Shown here one piece after another: positions 29,208-38,736 of a DNA stretch of 64,000 bases. Source of the DNA: Patescibacteria group bacterium (GTDB lineage: Bacteria > Patescibacteriota > Patescibacteriia > JAXHNJ01); contig JAXHNJ010000001.1 of NCBI GenBank assembly GCA_034520665.1, positions 194,579-258,578 of the forward strand. The letters run 5' to 3'. The notes beneath the pieces were generated by a model. That model ran no database searches. It was not told where the DNA came from and saw only the letters and a list, made by a program, of their open reading frames with translations. The position numbers and the translations under genes are program-made. Each line of letters opens with the position of its first letter. Positions within the stretch are counted from its first letter, which is position 1.

Positions 29208-30974
29208 ATGGTCTATCGGAATAAGCGAAAAAAAATAAAAAGAGGCAAAAGAATAAAGTACGACCGTATAAATTTTTTAGCGGTGATTGTTTTTATTTTT
29301 GCCTTTTTTTTGATTTTACAACTTTTTAATATACAGGTTTTGCAGCATCCTTTTTATGATGCTTTAGCTAAAGGACAACATAGCCTTTATGAAAAACTTT
29401 TGCCGGAGAGAGGCAGTATTTTTGCTAAAAATTATTTAAAAGATGGAGAAATCTTTCCTTTAGCTACTAATAAAAAAGTAAACTTTATTTACGCCGTGCC
29501 TGAGAAAATCAAGAGCCCCCAAAAAGCAGCGGAAAAATTAGGCCAGTTACTTGATTTGGAGGAGGAGGTAATTTTAGAAAGGCTTTCTAAAAAAGAGGAT
29601 TTATTTGAACCGATTAAACATTTTGTCTCTGATGAAAAATGGGAAGAAGTAAAATCTCTGGAAATTGAGGGTATTGAGGCCCGGGAGGAAACCCAAAGAT
29701 ATTATCCGGAAAATGAGACTGCTTCTCATGTTTTAGGTTATGTTGGCCAGAGAGAGGATTCTGATCAGCCGGTGGGACAATATGGTATTGAAGGTTATTT
29801 TAATCAGGAACTGGCTGGCCAGCAGGGTTACTTAGACACCGAAAAAGACGCGGGTGGCCGCTGGATTACGGTTGGCGGTATGGATATAAAAGAAGCCGTG
29901 GATGGAGATGATCTGGTTTTAACTATTGATCAGACGGTTCAATACACAGCCTGCCAAAAATTAGAAAAATGGGTAAAAAAGCACAAAGCTGATTCCGGGA
30001 CTATGATTATTATGGAGCCTCAAACAGGCAAAATTTTGGCTATGTGCGGATATCCTGACTTTGACCCTAATAATTATAATCAAGTGGAGAATATTGAAGT
30101 TTATAAAAATCCGGCTATTTACAATACCTACGAACCCGGATCAGTTTTTAAAGCCTTTACCATGGCTAGTGCTTTGGATTTGGGCAAGGTGACTCCAGAA
30201 ACCACTTACACCGATACCGGCGAAGAAAAAATCGGGCCTTACACCATTAAAAATTCTGATTTAAAAGCTCATGGTGAGCAGACTATGACTCAAGTTTTGG
30301 AAGAATCTTTAAACACCGGAGCTATTTATGCTATGCGCCAGGTGGGAGAAAAGCTTTTTTATCAATACGTTAAAGATTTTGGTTTTGGTGAGAAAACGGG
30401 CCTAAAAATGGACACTGAACTGGGCGGCAGTATTAATAATTTAAAAAAATACAAGGAAATTTACGCGGCTACCGCTTCTTTTGGTCAGGGTATTACGGTT
30501 ACTCCCTTGCAAATAGTTAATGCTTTTTCGGCTATTGCCAATAAGGGCAAATTAATGAAGCCTTATATAGTTGATGAAATCAGAAAACCGGACGGTTCGA
30601 TAATTAAAAGTCAGCCTGAAGAGATAAGGCAGGTTATTGACCCGAAAACAGCCACTACTTTATCAGCTATGTTGGTTAACGTAGTGGAAAAAGGTCATGG
30701 TAAACGGGCTGGGGTGGATGGTTATTTTGTAGCTGGCAAAACAGGAACATCTCAGGTACCAAAAAAAAACGGGGTCGGTTATGAAGAACATCATACTATT
30801 GGCTCTTTTGCTGGTTTTGCTCCAGCTTCAGACCCAAAATTTGCTATGTTGGTTAAGGTAGACCGGCCGCGTACAGTAGAATGGGCTGCCAGTACAGCGG
30901 CTCCGCTTTTTGGCGAGATGTCAAAATTTTTACTTAATTATTTTTCTATTCCCCCGAGTCGGGATATTGAATAA
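29208..30974 (+). CDS. ftsI: Class B penicillin-binding protein (FtsI/PBP2)
   Basis: EPGSVFK (SxxK), SLN, KTGT motifs; dcw context. Confidence 0.9.
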   Translation: MVYRNKRKKIKRGKRIKYDRINFLAVIVFIFAFFLILQLFNIQVLQHPFYDALAKGQHSLYEKLLPERGSIFAKNYLKDGEIFPLATNKKVNFIYAVPEKIKSPQKAAEKLGQLLDLEEEVILERLSKKEDLFEPIKHFVSDEKWEEVKSLEIEGIEAREETQRYYPENETASHVLGYVGQREDSDQPVGQYGIEGYFNQELAGQQGYLDTEKDAGGRWITVGGMDIKEAVDGDDLVLTIDQTVQYTACQKLEKWVKKHKADSGTMIIMEPQTGKILAMCGYPDFDPNNYNQVENIEVYKNPAIYNTYEPGSVFKAFTMASALDLGKVTPETTYTDTGEEKIGPYTIKNSDLKAHGEQTMTQVLEESLNTGAIYAMRQVGEKLFYQYVKDFGFGEKTGLKMDTELGGSINNLKKYKEIYAATASFGQGITVTPLQIVNAFSAIANKGKLMKPYIVDEIRKPDGSIIKSQPEEIRQVIDPKTATTLSAMLVNVVEKGHGKRAGVDGYFVAGKTGTSQVPKKNGVGYEEHHTIGSFAGFAPASDPKFAMLVKVDRPRTVEWAASTAAPLFGEMSKFLLNYFSIPPSRDIE

Positions 30975-30976
30975 AA

Positions 30977-32350
30977 ATGAAAAGATTACTAAAAAAAATA
31001 TTAGAAAAAAAACTGCGTTTTTTTTCAAAGCGTATTTTAAATAAATATGAGCCGGATGTTATTGGAGTTACTGGCTCAGTCGGTAAAACTTCAACTAAAG
31101 AGGCTATTTTTACCGTCTTATCGGGCAAGTTTTCCGTGCGACAGAGCCAGGGCAATTACAATAATGAAATAGGAGTACCTTTAACCATTATTGGTTATCA
31201 TTCTCCGGGCCGGTCAGTATTTGGCTGGCTGGCTGTATTTTTTAAAGCCTTTAAATTATTGCTTTGGCATCACCCTTATCCTAAAGTACTAGTTTTAGAA
31301 ATGGCGGCTGATAAACCGGGTGATATTGAATATTTAACCCAGTTTATACCGTTAAATGTAGGAATAGTTACGGCGGTGGCTCCGGTTCACACTGAGTTTT
31401 TTAAAACTTTAAAAAATATTGCCAAAGAAAAATCTTCCATTATTAAAAATTTACCGCCAGACGGTTTTGCTCTAATCAACGCTGATGACGAGTTGGTTTT
31501 ACCAATGAAAGAAAAAACTAAAGCTAGTGTTTCTACCTATGGTTTGTCAAAAGAAGCCGAGGTACAGGCTTCGGAAATAAACCTAAGCTATGGGCAGGAG
31601 CAGAAGATAGATGGTTTAAAAAGAAGCGAGATAAAGGGTTTAAGTTTTAAAATAAAATATAACGGCTCCACGGCTCCTTTCTTTTTACCCGGAGTAGTCG
31701 GCGAGCACCAAGTCTATACCGCTTTAGTAGCGGCCGCTGTTAGTTTAGCCTATGGTCTTAATCTGGTGACTATAGCTAACCGTTTAAAAGAATATCACTC
31801 TCCTCCCGGACGGATGAATTTATTGCCGGGCATTAAAGGCACTTTAATTATTGACGACAGTTATAATTCTTCGCCCAAGGCCTCTCTGGCTGCTTTAGAA
31901 GTTTTGGGTAAGATAAATTTGGGCCAGGATATGCCTCGGGCCGTTAAACCCAAAGCTATGAAAAAGTTGCCTCGTGGCAGTAAAAGGTTTTTAAAGTTTG
32001 CTGCCTTGGGAGATATGGCTGAACTGGGCGAATTTACTCAAGAGGGACACGCTATGGTTGGTCAAAAAGTAGTCGGGGTGGCTGATATTTTAATCACGGT
32101 GGGTCAAAAGGCTAAGATTATAGCCAAGGAAGCTTTAAAAAGAGGTATGCATGAGATGCAGATTTTTTCTTTTGACTATGCTGACCAAGCCGCGCGATTT
32201 CTTCAGGACAGAATTCATAAAGGCGATATTATTTTAATTAAAGGCTCGCAGGTTTCCCGTATGGAAAAAGTAGTCAAAGAAATTATGGCCCAGCCTATGA
32301 AAGCTGATGAGTTATTGGTTCGTCAGGGGGAAAGCTGGCAGGAGGAATAA
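30977..32350 (+). CDS. murF: UDP-MurNAc-tripeptide--D-Ala-D-Ala ligase
   Basis: GVTGSVGKTSTK, NNEIGVP, DDSYNSSP, GDMAELG, KGS. Confidence 0.93.
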   Translation: MKRLLKKILEKKLRFFSKRILNKYEPDVIGVTGSVGKTSTKEAIFTVLSGKFSVRQSQGNYNNEIGVPLTIIGYHSPGRSVFGWLAVFFKAFKLLLWHHPYPKVLVLEMAADKPGDIEYLTQFIPLNVGIVTAVAPVHTEFFKTLKNIAKEKSSIIKNLPPDGFALINADDELVLPMKEKTKASVSTYGLSKEAEVQASEINLSYGQEQKIDGLKRSEIKGLSFKIKYNGSTAPFFLPGVVGEHQVYTALVAAAVSLAYGLNLVTIANRLKEYHSPPGRMNLLPGIKGTLIIDDSYNSSPKASLAALEVLGKINLGQDMPRAVKPKAMKKLPRGSKRFLKFAALGDMAELGEFTQEGHAMVGQKVVGVADILITVGQKAKIIAKEALKRGMHEMQIFSFDYADQAARFLQDRIHKGDIILIKGSQVSRMEKVVKEIMAQPMKADELLVRQGESWQEE

Positions 32351-32407
32351 AGTTCATATAAAATTTATTTAATTTATCAAAAGCGGGTAATCCCCGGTTT
32401 TTTAAGT

Positions 32408-32436
32408 TTGATTAATTAATCAAAAATAGCTATAAT
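32408..32436 (+). promoter_or_regulatory. Candidate Pc-like promoter driving array 1
   Basis: TTGATT-17-TATAAT just upstream of the attI-like site. Confidence 0.6.
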
Positions 32437-32471
32437 TAAGGCATAATTTTATACGGTTCAAAACTTTCACA

Positions 32472-32532
32472 ATTTCGTATAATAAACAAATTTGAGGTGA
32501 TTATACGAAATCAATTTGTATAATAATGAGTT
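32472..32532 (+). repeat. attI-like platform, copy 1
   Basis: ATTTCGTATAATAAACAAATTTGAGGTGATTATACGAAATCAATTTGTATAATAATGAGTT; identity with copies 2 and 3 stops at GTT. Confidence 0.85.
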
Positions 32533-32641
32533 AAGTCGAATTTTTTCTTCTGCTAAAAATTTAAATCTCTAATATATATTTCCCACGCAAAGAAGCGCGC
32601 TAACTACAAACTTAATTGAAGTTTTAGAAACCTTTATAAGA

Positions 32642-33238
32642 TTGAGTAAATTAAACTATTATATGAACAAAACATTATATATTTTAATTGGAGTAATCTT
32701 AATTGTAGCTTCTTTCTATATAGGCTATACAATTAAAAGTCCTACATCTGCATCACAAGAAATACAAAATCTTAAAAATCAAATAACAAATTTACAGCAA
32801 CAAAATAGCCAATTGCAATCTAATGTAAAAGAGCTGCAAAACCAACTTCAAAATGAAAATGGCTCCGAGAATTCTCAAGATTCAAATACTGGAGCAAAGG
32901 GAAACATTGAATATGGTAAGGGGGATTGTATGCCTTGTGTCTGTGCAGATGAAGATTGTACTGGATGCCCAGAAAGAACTTATTCTGATTTTAGTGGTGA
33001 TATTTATTTTATTCTAAAAAGTGATTTAGATACTTTGGGAGATGGTGATTTTGATAACTTAATTGAATCTAGTGCTAAAACTCTGGTTACTAATGGGAAT
33101 TATGAAATCAGTTTGGCTCCTGGAGAATATTTCGTTATGCCAAGAGATGTTTATCAGTATGATAAAAATTTCATAAATATTTCTTCAGGGAATATGGTGG
33201 AGAAAGACTTCAAATTCTTTAAATGTACTTCATATTAA
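32642..33238 (+). CDS. Cassette: membrane-anchored coiled-coil, Cys-rich exported protein
   Basis: N-terminal TM, Gln/Asn coiled coil, CxxCxC...C cluster; probable start 32663. Confidence 0.75.
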   Translation: MSKLNYYMNKTLYILIGVILIVASFYIGYTIKSPTSASQEIQNLKNQITNLQQQNSQLQSNVKELQNQLQNENGSENSQDSNTGAKGNIEYGKGDCMPCVCADEDCTGCPERTYSDFSGDIYFILKSDLDTLGDGDFDNLIESSAKTLVTNGNYEISLAPGEYFVMPRDVYQYDKNFINISSGNMVEKDFKFFKCTSY

Positions 33239-33356
33239 ATTAGAGCGCGCTCCCCACCCCAAGATAAGAGATTTAAATTTTTTAAACGCAGAAGAAAAAA
33301 CTCCTTCGCTTTGCTCGGTGACGCCTTGCAGGCTCTCGACATAAATGCCTCACACG

Positions 33357-33442
33357 ACTTAACAGCGATTATCTGGAATTTTCCTGCGAAAAATCCCAAA
33401 ATTCTGCTACGCAGAACTTCAGATAATCGCGATATATTAGAC
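33357..33442 (+). repeat. attC-like site 1 (R' degenerate ATT)
   Basis: CTTAAC-A-GCGATTATCTG...CAGATAATCGC-GATAT-ATTAGAC. Confidence 0.8.
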
Positions 33443-33495
33443 GAAATGCGAGCGAGCTGATTGATTTATAAATAGAATATGCTTTAAAATAATTT

Positions 33496-34041
33496 ATGAT
33501 GAAAATTATTATGGATTCAAAAATTAAGATCTTAATGGGATTTTTGATTATTGGAATTATTCTAATTGGTGTATTGTGGATTTTGAGTAACCGACCATCG
33601 GAAAATGTCCCCAATGAAGAAACATACAAAAAAGGCGAAAGTATAACATTTAAGATAGATGATAATGTTCAAATTTGCACCGATGATTTGCCTTTCTCTA
33701 TAATTAAATTTAATGAAGAGTCGGTAAAATTAAAACATTCCTGTATAGGAGAAATAGGTTCGGGTTTTGATCAATATTGTGAGAATGGGAAAATGGTTTT
33801 AAAACCAGTTTATCAACTTTGTGATTTCCTAGAGAAATGGTGTCGGGGTTGTAACGATGCACTTACTTGTCGGAATAAATTTATTCATGAAACATTTGTG
33901 TGGGATCAAAAGGAATATGTTGAAACAACTGAAGAATGTGAAGGCAAAATCATTCATAGAGAATTAAAAAAGCAGGTTCCAGAGGGTAAGTATCAAATTA
34001 TTGTAGACGGAAAGATTATCAAAGAATTTACAATAAAATAA
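33496..34041 (+). CDS. Cassette: membrane-anchored Cys-rich exported protein
   Basis: N-terminal TM, 8 Cys. Confidence 0.75.
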   Translation: MMKIIMDSKIKILMGFLIIGIILIGVLWILSNRPSENVPNEETYKKGESITFKIDDNVQICTDDLPFSIIKFNEESVKLKHSCIGEIGSGFDQYCENGKMVLKPVYQLCDFLEKWCRGCNDALTCRNKFIHETFVWDQKEYVETTEECEGKIIHRELKKQVPEGKYQIIVDGKIIKEFTIK

Positions 34042-34095
34042 AATTTATGACGGCTCGCTCGCACTTAAAACCCTTCGGATTTTGCCCTTCGGGTC

Positions 34096-34182
34096 GTCTA
34101 ACAAGGGCTATACGGCTACGGCTTTCAGCTTTCGCCCAAATTTCGACTTCGTCAAAACTTCGTATAGCCCAATACGTTATAT
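34096..34182 (+). repeat. attC-like site 2
   Basis: GTCTAAC-AA-GGGCTATACG...CGTATAGCCC-AATAC-GTTATAT. Confidence 0.88.
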
Positions 34183-34249
34183 GAAATTGCGGGGCTATAA
34201 CAAATTTTTGCAAAAGTTTTATTAACCTATACAAAATAACTACAATATT

Positions 34250-34705
34250 ATGAAGAAGAAAATCCTAATCACAACAATCACCATTTTATTAGTAGCTTCT
34301 ATTACAATTATATATTTCTTTTTTGCCAATCAAAATCAATTACCAATATCGAAAAATGTGTCTCGGAATGTTTTAGAGATATGCAAAGAAAAAAGTAAAA
34401 TAGAGTGTCATGGCAATTGCATGGATGGTTTTGCAGAAATTGGATATTTTGATTCGCGAAAATATAGTAAACAAGACTTTTTAGATACTCCCGAGGAACT
34501 CTACAAAACATATGGGGAAAAAAGAGAAATGATCCTTGCTTCTCATTACCAAAGCAGCTGTGATCCTTGTGGAAACAAATTTGAGCTTAATAAAAATGGT
34601 GTTTTTCAAGAGGTTTCTTGTGAAGAATTTTTTGAAACAATTGAAAATATTAATAAATCCTGCAATGGTTGTGTGAACACAATATATTTACAAATTAGTG
34701 GATAG
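34250..34705 (+). CDS. Cassette: membrane-anchored Cys-rich exported protein
   Basis: N-terminal TM, 8 Cys. Confidence 0.75.
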   Translation: MKKKILITTITILLVASITIIYFFFANQNQLPISKNVSRNVLEICKEKSKIECHGNCMDGFAEIGYFDSRKYSKQDFLDTPEELYKTYGEKREMILASHYQSSCDPCGNKFELNKNGVFQEVSCEEFFETIENINKSCNGCVNTIYLQISG

Positions 34706-34784
34706 TAAAAATCCTGGCCCGGCAACTCTCCCTCACATCTTCGCTGTTCGGTCGGCACGCTGCACTCTCGCTATCGCTCGGCTC

Positions 34785-34874
34785 ACTTAACACGGCTTAT
34801 GCGGAAACCTCGTTGCACTTCGGTTTCCCAAATGCTCACTACGTTCGCACTTCGCATAAGCCGATACGTTAGGC
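34785..34874 (+). repeat. attC-like site 3
   Basis: ACTTAAC-A-CGGCTTATGCG...CGCATAAGCCG-ATAC-GTTAGGC. Confidence 0.9.
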
Positions 34875-34919
34875 GATGTTGTGCTGATTTTATCCAGTAT
34901 ATAACCTAAATAAAGAAAC

Positions 34920-35504
34920 ATGAATAAATTTATCCTAGTCATTATTATCATCATTATTGGAGTGGGTATTTGGTGGTGGCAACAATCTGCCAATACTGTC
35001 ATTACGAATACTGGCTGGCTGACATATGAGAATAGAGATTACAATTTTGAACTGCAATATCCAAATGACTGGACCCCTCAAGAGTCGTCTTATGACGATA
35101 TAAATACTGAAGAAAACAAATGGGAACCCAAATATTGGGAAGATTGGAAGGTGGTAAAAAAGATATCTTTCAACACTAGTGTTGAATTTTTTTATCTTGA
35201 TGTTTATATCATGGATCAGAGTATTGAAAGTGTGCTAGACAAGGTAGGAAAAAATCATAGCAATTCGCCCTTTCAGCCTTCCTTAGAGGAAATAAAAATT
35301 AACGCCAATCAAGCTTATGTTACATCTGTTTGCGATTTGGGTTGTTGTTCTAAAGATGTTTATATTGCCAAAGATGAAAATACTACTATACAAATTGCTA
35401 GGGGAGCTGTTTGTAGCGTAGGATCAGAAGAAAATATACAAAAAGCTGAAAACAATACAAATACTTTTGAGCAAATTCTGACTACTTTTAAATTTGCGAA
35501 ATAA
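34920..35504 (+). CDS. Cassette: membrane-anchored PsbP-like domain protein
   Basis: N-terminal TM, W.TY.N..Y.F...YP.DW and FEQILTTFKF patterns. Confidence 0.7.
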   Translation: MNKFILVIIIIIIGVGIWWWQQSANTVITNTGWLTYENRDYNFELQYPNDWTPQESSYDDINTEENKWEPKYWEDWKVVKKISFNTSVEFFYLDVYIMDQSIESVLDKVGKNHSNSPFQPSLEEIKINANQAYVTSVCDLGCCSKDVYIAKDENTTIQIARGAVCSVGSEENIQKAENNTNTFEQILTTFKFAK

Positions 35505-35520
35505 AAATCAGCACAATATC

Positions 35521-35583
35521 GCCTAACAGCGTATATATGTTATTCCACTTCGCTCCACGGCGCATGATACGCAAACGTTAGAT
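35521..35583 (+). repeat. attC-like site 4 (short)
   Basis: GCCTAAC-A-GCGTAT...ATACGC-AAAC-GTTAGAT. Confidence 0.85.
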
Positions 35584-35652
35584 GAAATAATTAAATTCTT
35601 TTGGCTATCGCCAAAAATTATTGGAACAAATTTTTATTTTATTTTTTAAGAT

Positions 35653-36711
35653 ATGAACAAGAATCAAATTATAACATTATCAGGATATAGCATCATTCAT
35701 GGAATTATAGATTTGTGCTGTGCGATAGTTGTTTTTAGTACATTGCTATATCATGGTTATGACGCAAGTGATGTTTTTATTTTTGTTGTGGCTTACAATA
35801 TAATTGCTTTTGGATTACAAGCACCTTTTGGATTGTTAGTGGATAAGTATCAAGTTCCTAAAGAAAGCGCATTTATTGGTTGTACTTTGGTTTTGTCTTC
35901 TTTTTTCCTATTCAACATTCCAGCTTTAGTGATAATACTATCTGGACTAGGGAATGCTTTTTTTCATGTTGGCGGAGGAAGCATTAGTTTGAATTTCAAT
36001 CCACAAAAAGCAACCGCTCCTGGAATTTTTGTTGCGCCGGGTGCGTTAGGACTGACAATTGGAATTTTGATTGGCAAAAGTGGCTCATTTATTTTTTGGC
36101 CTTTTGCATTACTACTTATTTCTTCATGTCTATTTATTATTTTTAGTAAAATTCCAGAGATTAATTATCAAAAAATATCAACTAAACCTAAAATAAATTA
36201 TTTTGAATTGGTAATACTATTGCTCTTGCTATCCGTATCAATAAGAGCATTATATGGTCTGACCGCTGTTTTCGCCTGGAAAGCAAATATTGCCTTGCTG
36301 TTTTCTCTAACTATTGCAGTAGTCGCCGGAAAAGCTTTAGGTGGTTTTTTGGCTGATAAATTTGGTTGGATAAAAACTGCTATTTTTGCTCTAATAATTT
36401 CCGCTCCCTTGCTTTCTTTTTTTCAAGGATCACCAATACTTGCAATAATAGGTGCATTCTTATTTCAAATTACTATGCCGATAACTTTAACAGCATTATC
36501 AAATATGCTTCCAGGCAGATCAGCTACCGCTTTTGGTTTAACAGTTTTGGCCTTAATAATCGGTGCCATTCCCGTTTATTTGGGGGCTAAGTCATTTTTA
36601 AGTACTCAATGGATTGCATTAATAATAATCATAATTTCAGCAAGTTCGCTACTTATTAGTTTTAAATTTCTGTATAATTATTTTAAAGGTCAACTCAAAA
36701 TAAATTTATAA
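35653..36711 (+). CDS. Cassette: MFS-like membrane protein
   Basis: About 12 TM; G.L.DK and GGFLADKFG loop motifs. Confidence 0.75.
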   Translation: MNKNQIITLSGYSIIHGIIDLCCAIVVFSTLLYHGYDASDVFIFVVAYNIIAFGLQAPFGLLVDKYQVPKESAFIGCTLVLSSFFLFNIPALVIILSGLGNAFFHVGGGSISLNFNPQKATAPGIFVAPGALGLTIGILIGKSGSFIFWPFALLLISSCLFIIFSKIPEINYQKISTKPKINYFELVILLLLLSVSIRALYGLTAVFAWKANIALLFSLTIAVVAGKALGGFLADKFGWIKTAIFALIISAPLLSFFQGSPILAIIGAFLFQITMPITLTALSNMLPGRSATAFGLTVLALIIGAIPVYLGAKSFLSTQWIALIIIIISASSLLISFKFLYNYFKGQLKINL

Positions 36712-36727
36712 TTTAATCATAATAACT

Positions 36728-37009
36728 ATGAAAAAATTAAAAACAGTTCTAACAACCTTTTTCGTCTTTAGTATTTTCTCATTAATGTCCACTCAAAAAG
36801 CCTTAGCAGACTTAGTGCCGATAAATTATGGAGATGATACACCTTACGGACCAAACGTTAATTCAAACCCAGAGCCAAACGTTAATTCAAGCCCAGAGCC
36901 AAAAACATTTATTGATTTAATTGAGCCGCAACACATTATTATTGGCGGAGCGGTATTGGCTGTAGTAATAATATCTTTTGTAGTACTTTTTAAAATGAGA
37001 AAAAAATGA
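36728..37009 (+). CDS. Cassette: small exported/membrane protein with 24-bp tandem repeat
   Basis: Signal peptide, PNVNSNPE-PNVNSSPE (36851-36898), C-terminal TM. Confidence 0.65.
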   Translation: MKKLKTVLTTFFVFSIFSLMSTQKALADLVPINYGDDTPYGPNVNSNPEPNVNSSPEPKTFIDLIEPQHIIIGGAVLAVVIISFVVLFKMRKK

Positions 37010-37341
37010 GATTTGAATACTATTCTTTAGCTCTAATTTTCACTCTAGTAATTGAGTTATCTGTAGCTTATATTTTAGGATTTAGGAATAAAAAAAGCAT
37101 TGTCACGATTATTTCTGCCAATCTTATAACACACCCTTTGCTTTGTTACTTTTTATGGATAAATTCATTTATTTTCATTATTCCTGTTAACTATTTCTCA
37201 ATTGTTGTTTTAGAAATATTGGTTATATTATTAGAATCAGCATTACTATTCTTCGCATTGAAACAACAATATTTAGATATGCTAAAAGTATCATTTGTCA
37301 TAAACACAACCTCTTTCCTTGTTGGATTATTATTATTTTAA
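37006..37341 (+). CDS. Cassette: small membrane protein
   Basis: 4 TM; start overlaps the upstream stop (ATGA). Confidence 0.7.
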   Translation: MRFEYYSLALIFTLVIELSVAYILGFRNKKSIVTIISANLITHPLLCYFLWINSFIFIIPVNYFSIVVLEILVILLESALLFFALKQQYLDMLKVSFVINTTSFLVGLLLF

Positions 37342-37422
37342 AATAATTTTTAAATAATAGAAAAATAAAAATAAATTTGCCCAATAATAACTCGCTTACG
37401 CTCGTTGAATTTAATTACATTA

Positions 37423-37516
37423 TATTAACAGCATGTATGAGGCTACGGCTTTTTACAAAAGTCACCACCCAAATTGCTCTCTGCGGTCGCAATTTCTCAA
37501 ATCCCTGACGTTAGGT
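37423..37516 (+). repeat. attC-like site 5 (mismatched arms)
   Basis: ATTAAC-A-GCATGTATGAG...CCCAAAT...CTCAAATCCCT-GAC-GTTAGGT. Confidence 0.75.
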
Positions 37517-37632
37517 GAAATAGCCAGAAATCTTTAATTATTTTTAGAATTTCTTTGGCAATTTAATAGGTTGAACATAGCTTGTGATATAATATTATAA
37601 ATCTTAAAATATAAATTTTTAATCAAAAAAAT

Positions 37633-38535
37633 ATGGAATCATTAGAAAAATTTAGTAAAATTGAAAAAGAAAAACCAGAATATACATCAAAAATAAAGTT
37701 GTCATTCTTTCGCCATGCGGAAAAAGAAAAGGATAAATCAAAATCTGATTTAAAAATTAGACTAACAGAAGAGGGTAGAAAAAATAGTAAAAAGAAAAGT
37801 GATACTCTAAATATCAGGCAATCAGTCGTCTTTGGTAGTCCCCGTGAAAGAGCACAGGAAACAGCTTCTTTTAGAATGTCTGGAAATCAGGAAGAAATAA
37901 CAGGGGAAGAAACTTTTGAAGAATTAAAAGATAAATTAAATAAGGGATTAAAAGTTGGATCAAAAATTAGCGTAGATAAAAGATTAGATTCTGATTTGGA
38001 CATGGAAAGTGATTTTGGTAAAATCTCTTTAGAAAATTTTAAAAAGGGTCAATATCTAAAATTTTTAGTTGAGGAAAGCGATAGTTTGGCTAAAGAAAAA
38101 GATGATACTAAAGGTTTTACTTATTTGAAAAGTGCTTCAAATGTAGCAAAAATAATTGAAAAATATTTAAGCATTTCTAAACGATGGGATAAACTGGTGC
38201 AGGACCCACAAAAAAACTATGATGATACCTTAGAAAGATATTTTGGCACCCACTTAAGTGTTGGCGAGTGTTTTTTGGCTAAAGCAATAGAAGAGACAGA
38301 AGGTGAAGAAAAAAGAGATGAGTTTGTCAAAGCTCTCAATAATCAGGGATTTGATTTTAATGAGGGTTTTGAAATAGAAATTTTAAACAGCGAAAACGAA
38401 CCATCCGTTCATATATCTTTCAAAAAAGAACTTAGCGACAAAGAAGAAGGCAAAGAAGAAGTAAAAAACGTTTTTGAGTTTGATCAAAATCTATCCATAG
38501 ATACTATAAAAAAAATAGCGGAAAGTAATCAATAA
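37633..38535 (+). CDS. Cassette: histidine phosphatase superfamily-like protein
   Basis: FFRHAEK, LTEEG, SPRERAQETA, late TH. Confidence 0.65.
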   Translation: MESLEKFSKIEKEKPEYTSKIKLSFFRHAEKEKDKSKSDLKIRLTEEGRKNSKKKSDTLNIRQSVVFGSPRERAQETASFRMSGNQEEITGEETFEELKDKLNKGLKVGSKISVDKRLDSDLDMESDFGKISLENFKKGQYLKFLVEESDSLAKEKDDTKGFTYLKSASNVAKIIEKYLSISKRWDKLVQDPQKNYDDTLERYFGTHLSVGECFLAKAIEETEGEEKRDEFVKALNNQGFDFNEGFEIEILNSENEPSVHISFKKELSDKEEGKEEVKNVFEFDQNLSIDTIKKIAESNQ

Positions 38536-38578
38536 ATTGCCAAAAAAATAATAAAGAAAAGAAATTTCTGTCTACGTC

Positions 38579-38674
38579 ACATAACAGCGTGTATCTGGTT
38601 CGCCCCTCGGCTCGCAAATTTCCCAAATTTTCTCCGCTACGCTCCGAAAACTTCTCATAAGCCCGATGTTATAC
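38579..38674 (+). repeat. attC-like site 6 (mismatched arms)
   Basis: ACATAAC-A-GCGTGTATCTG...CCCAAAT...CTCATAAGCCCGAT-GTTATAC. Confidence 0.78.
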
Positions 38675-38736
38675 GAAATAACTAAATTCTCTTCTGCTAT
38701 CGTCGAAAAATTATTGGAACAAATTTATTTTTATTT

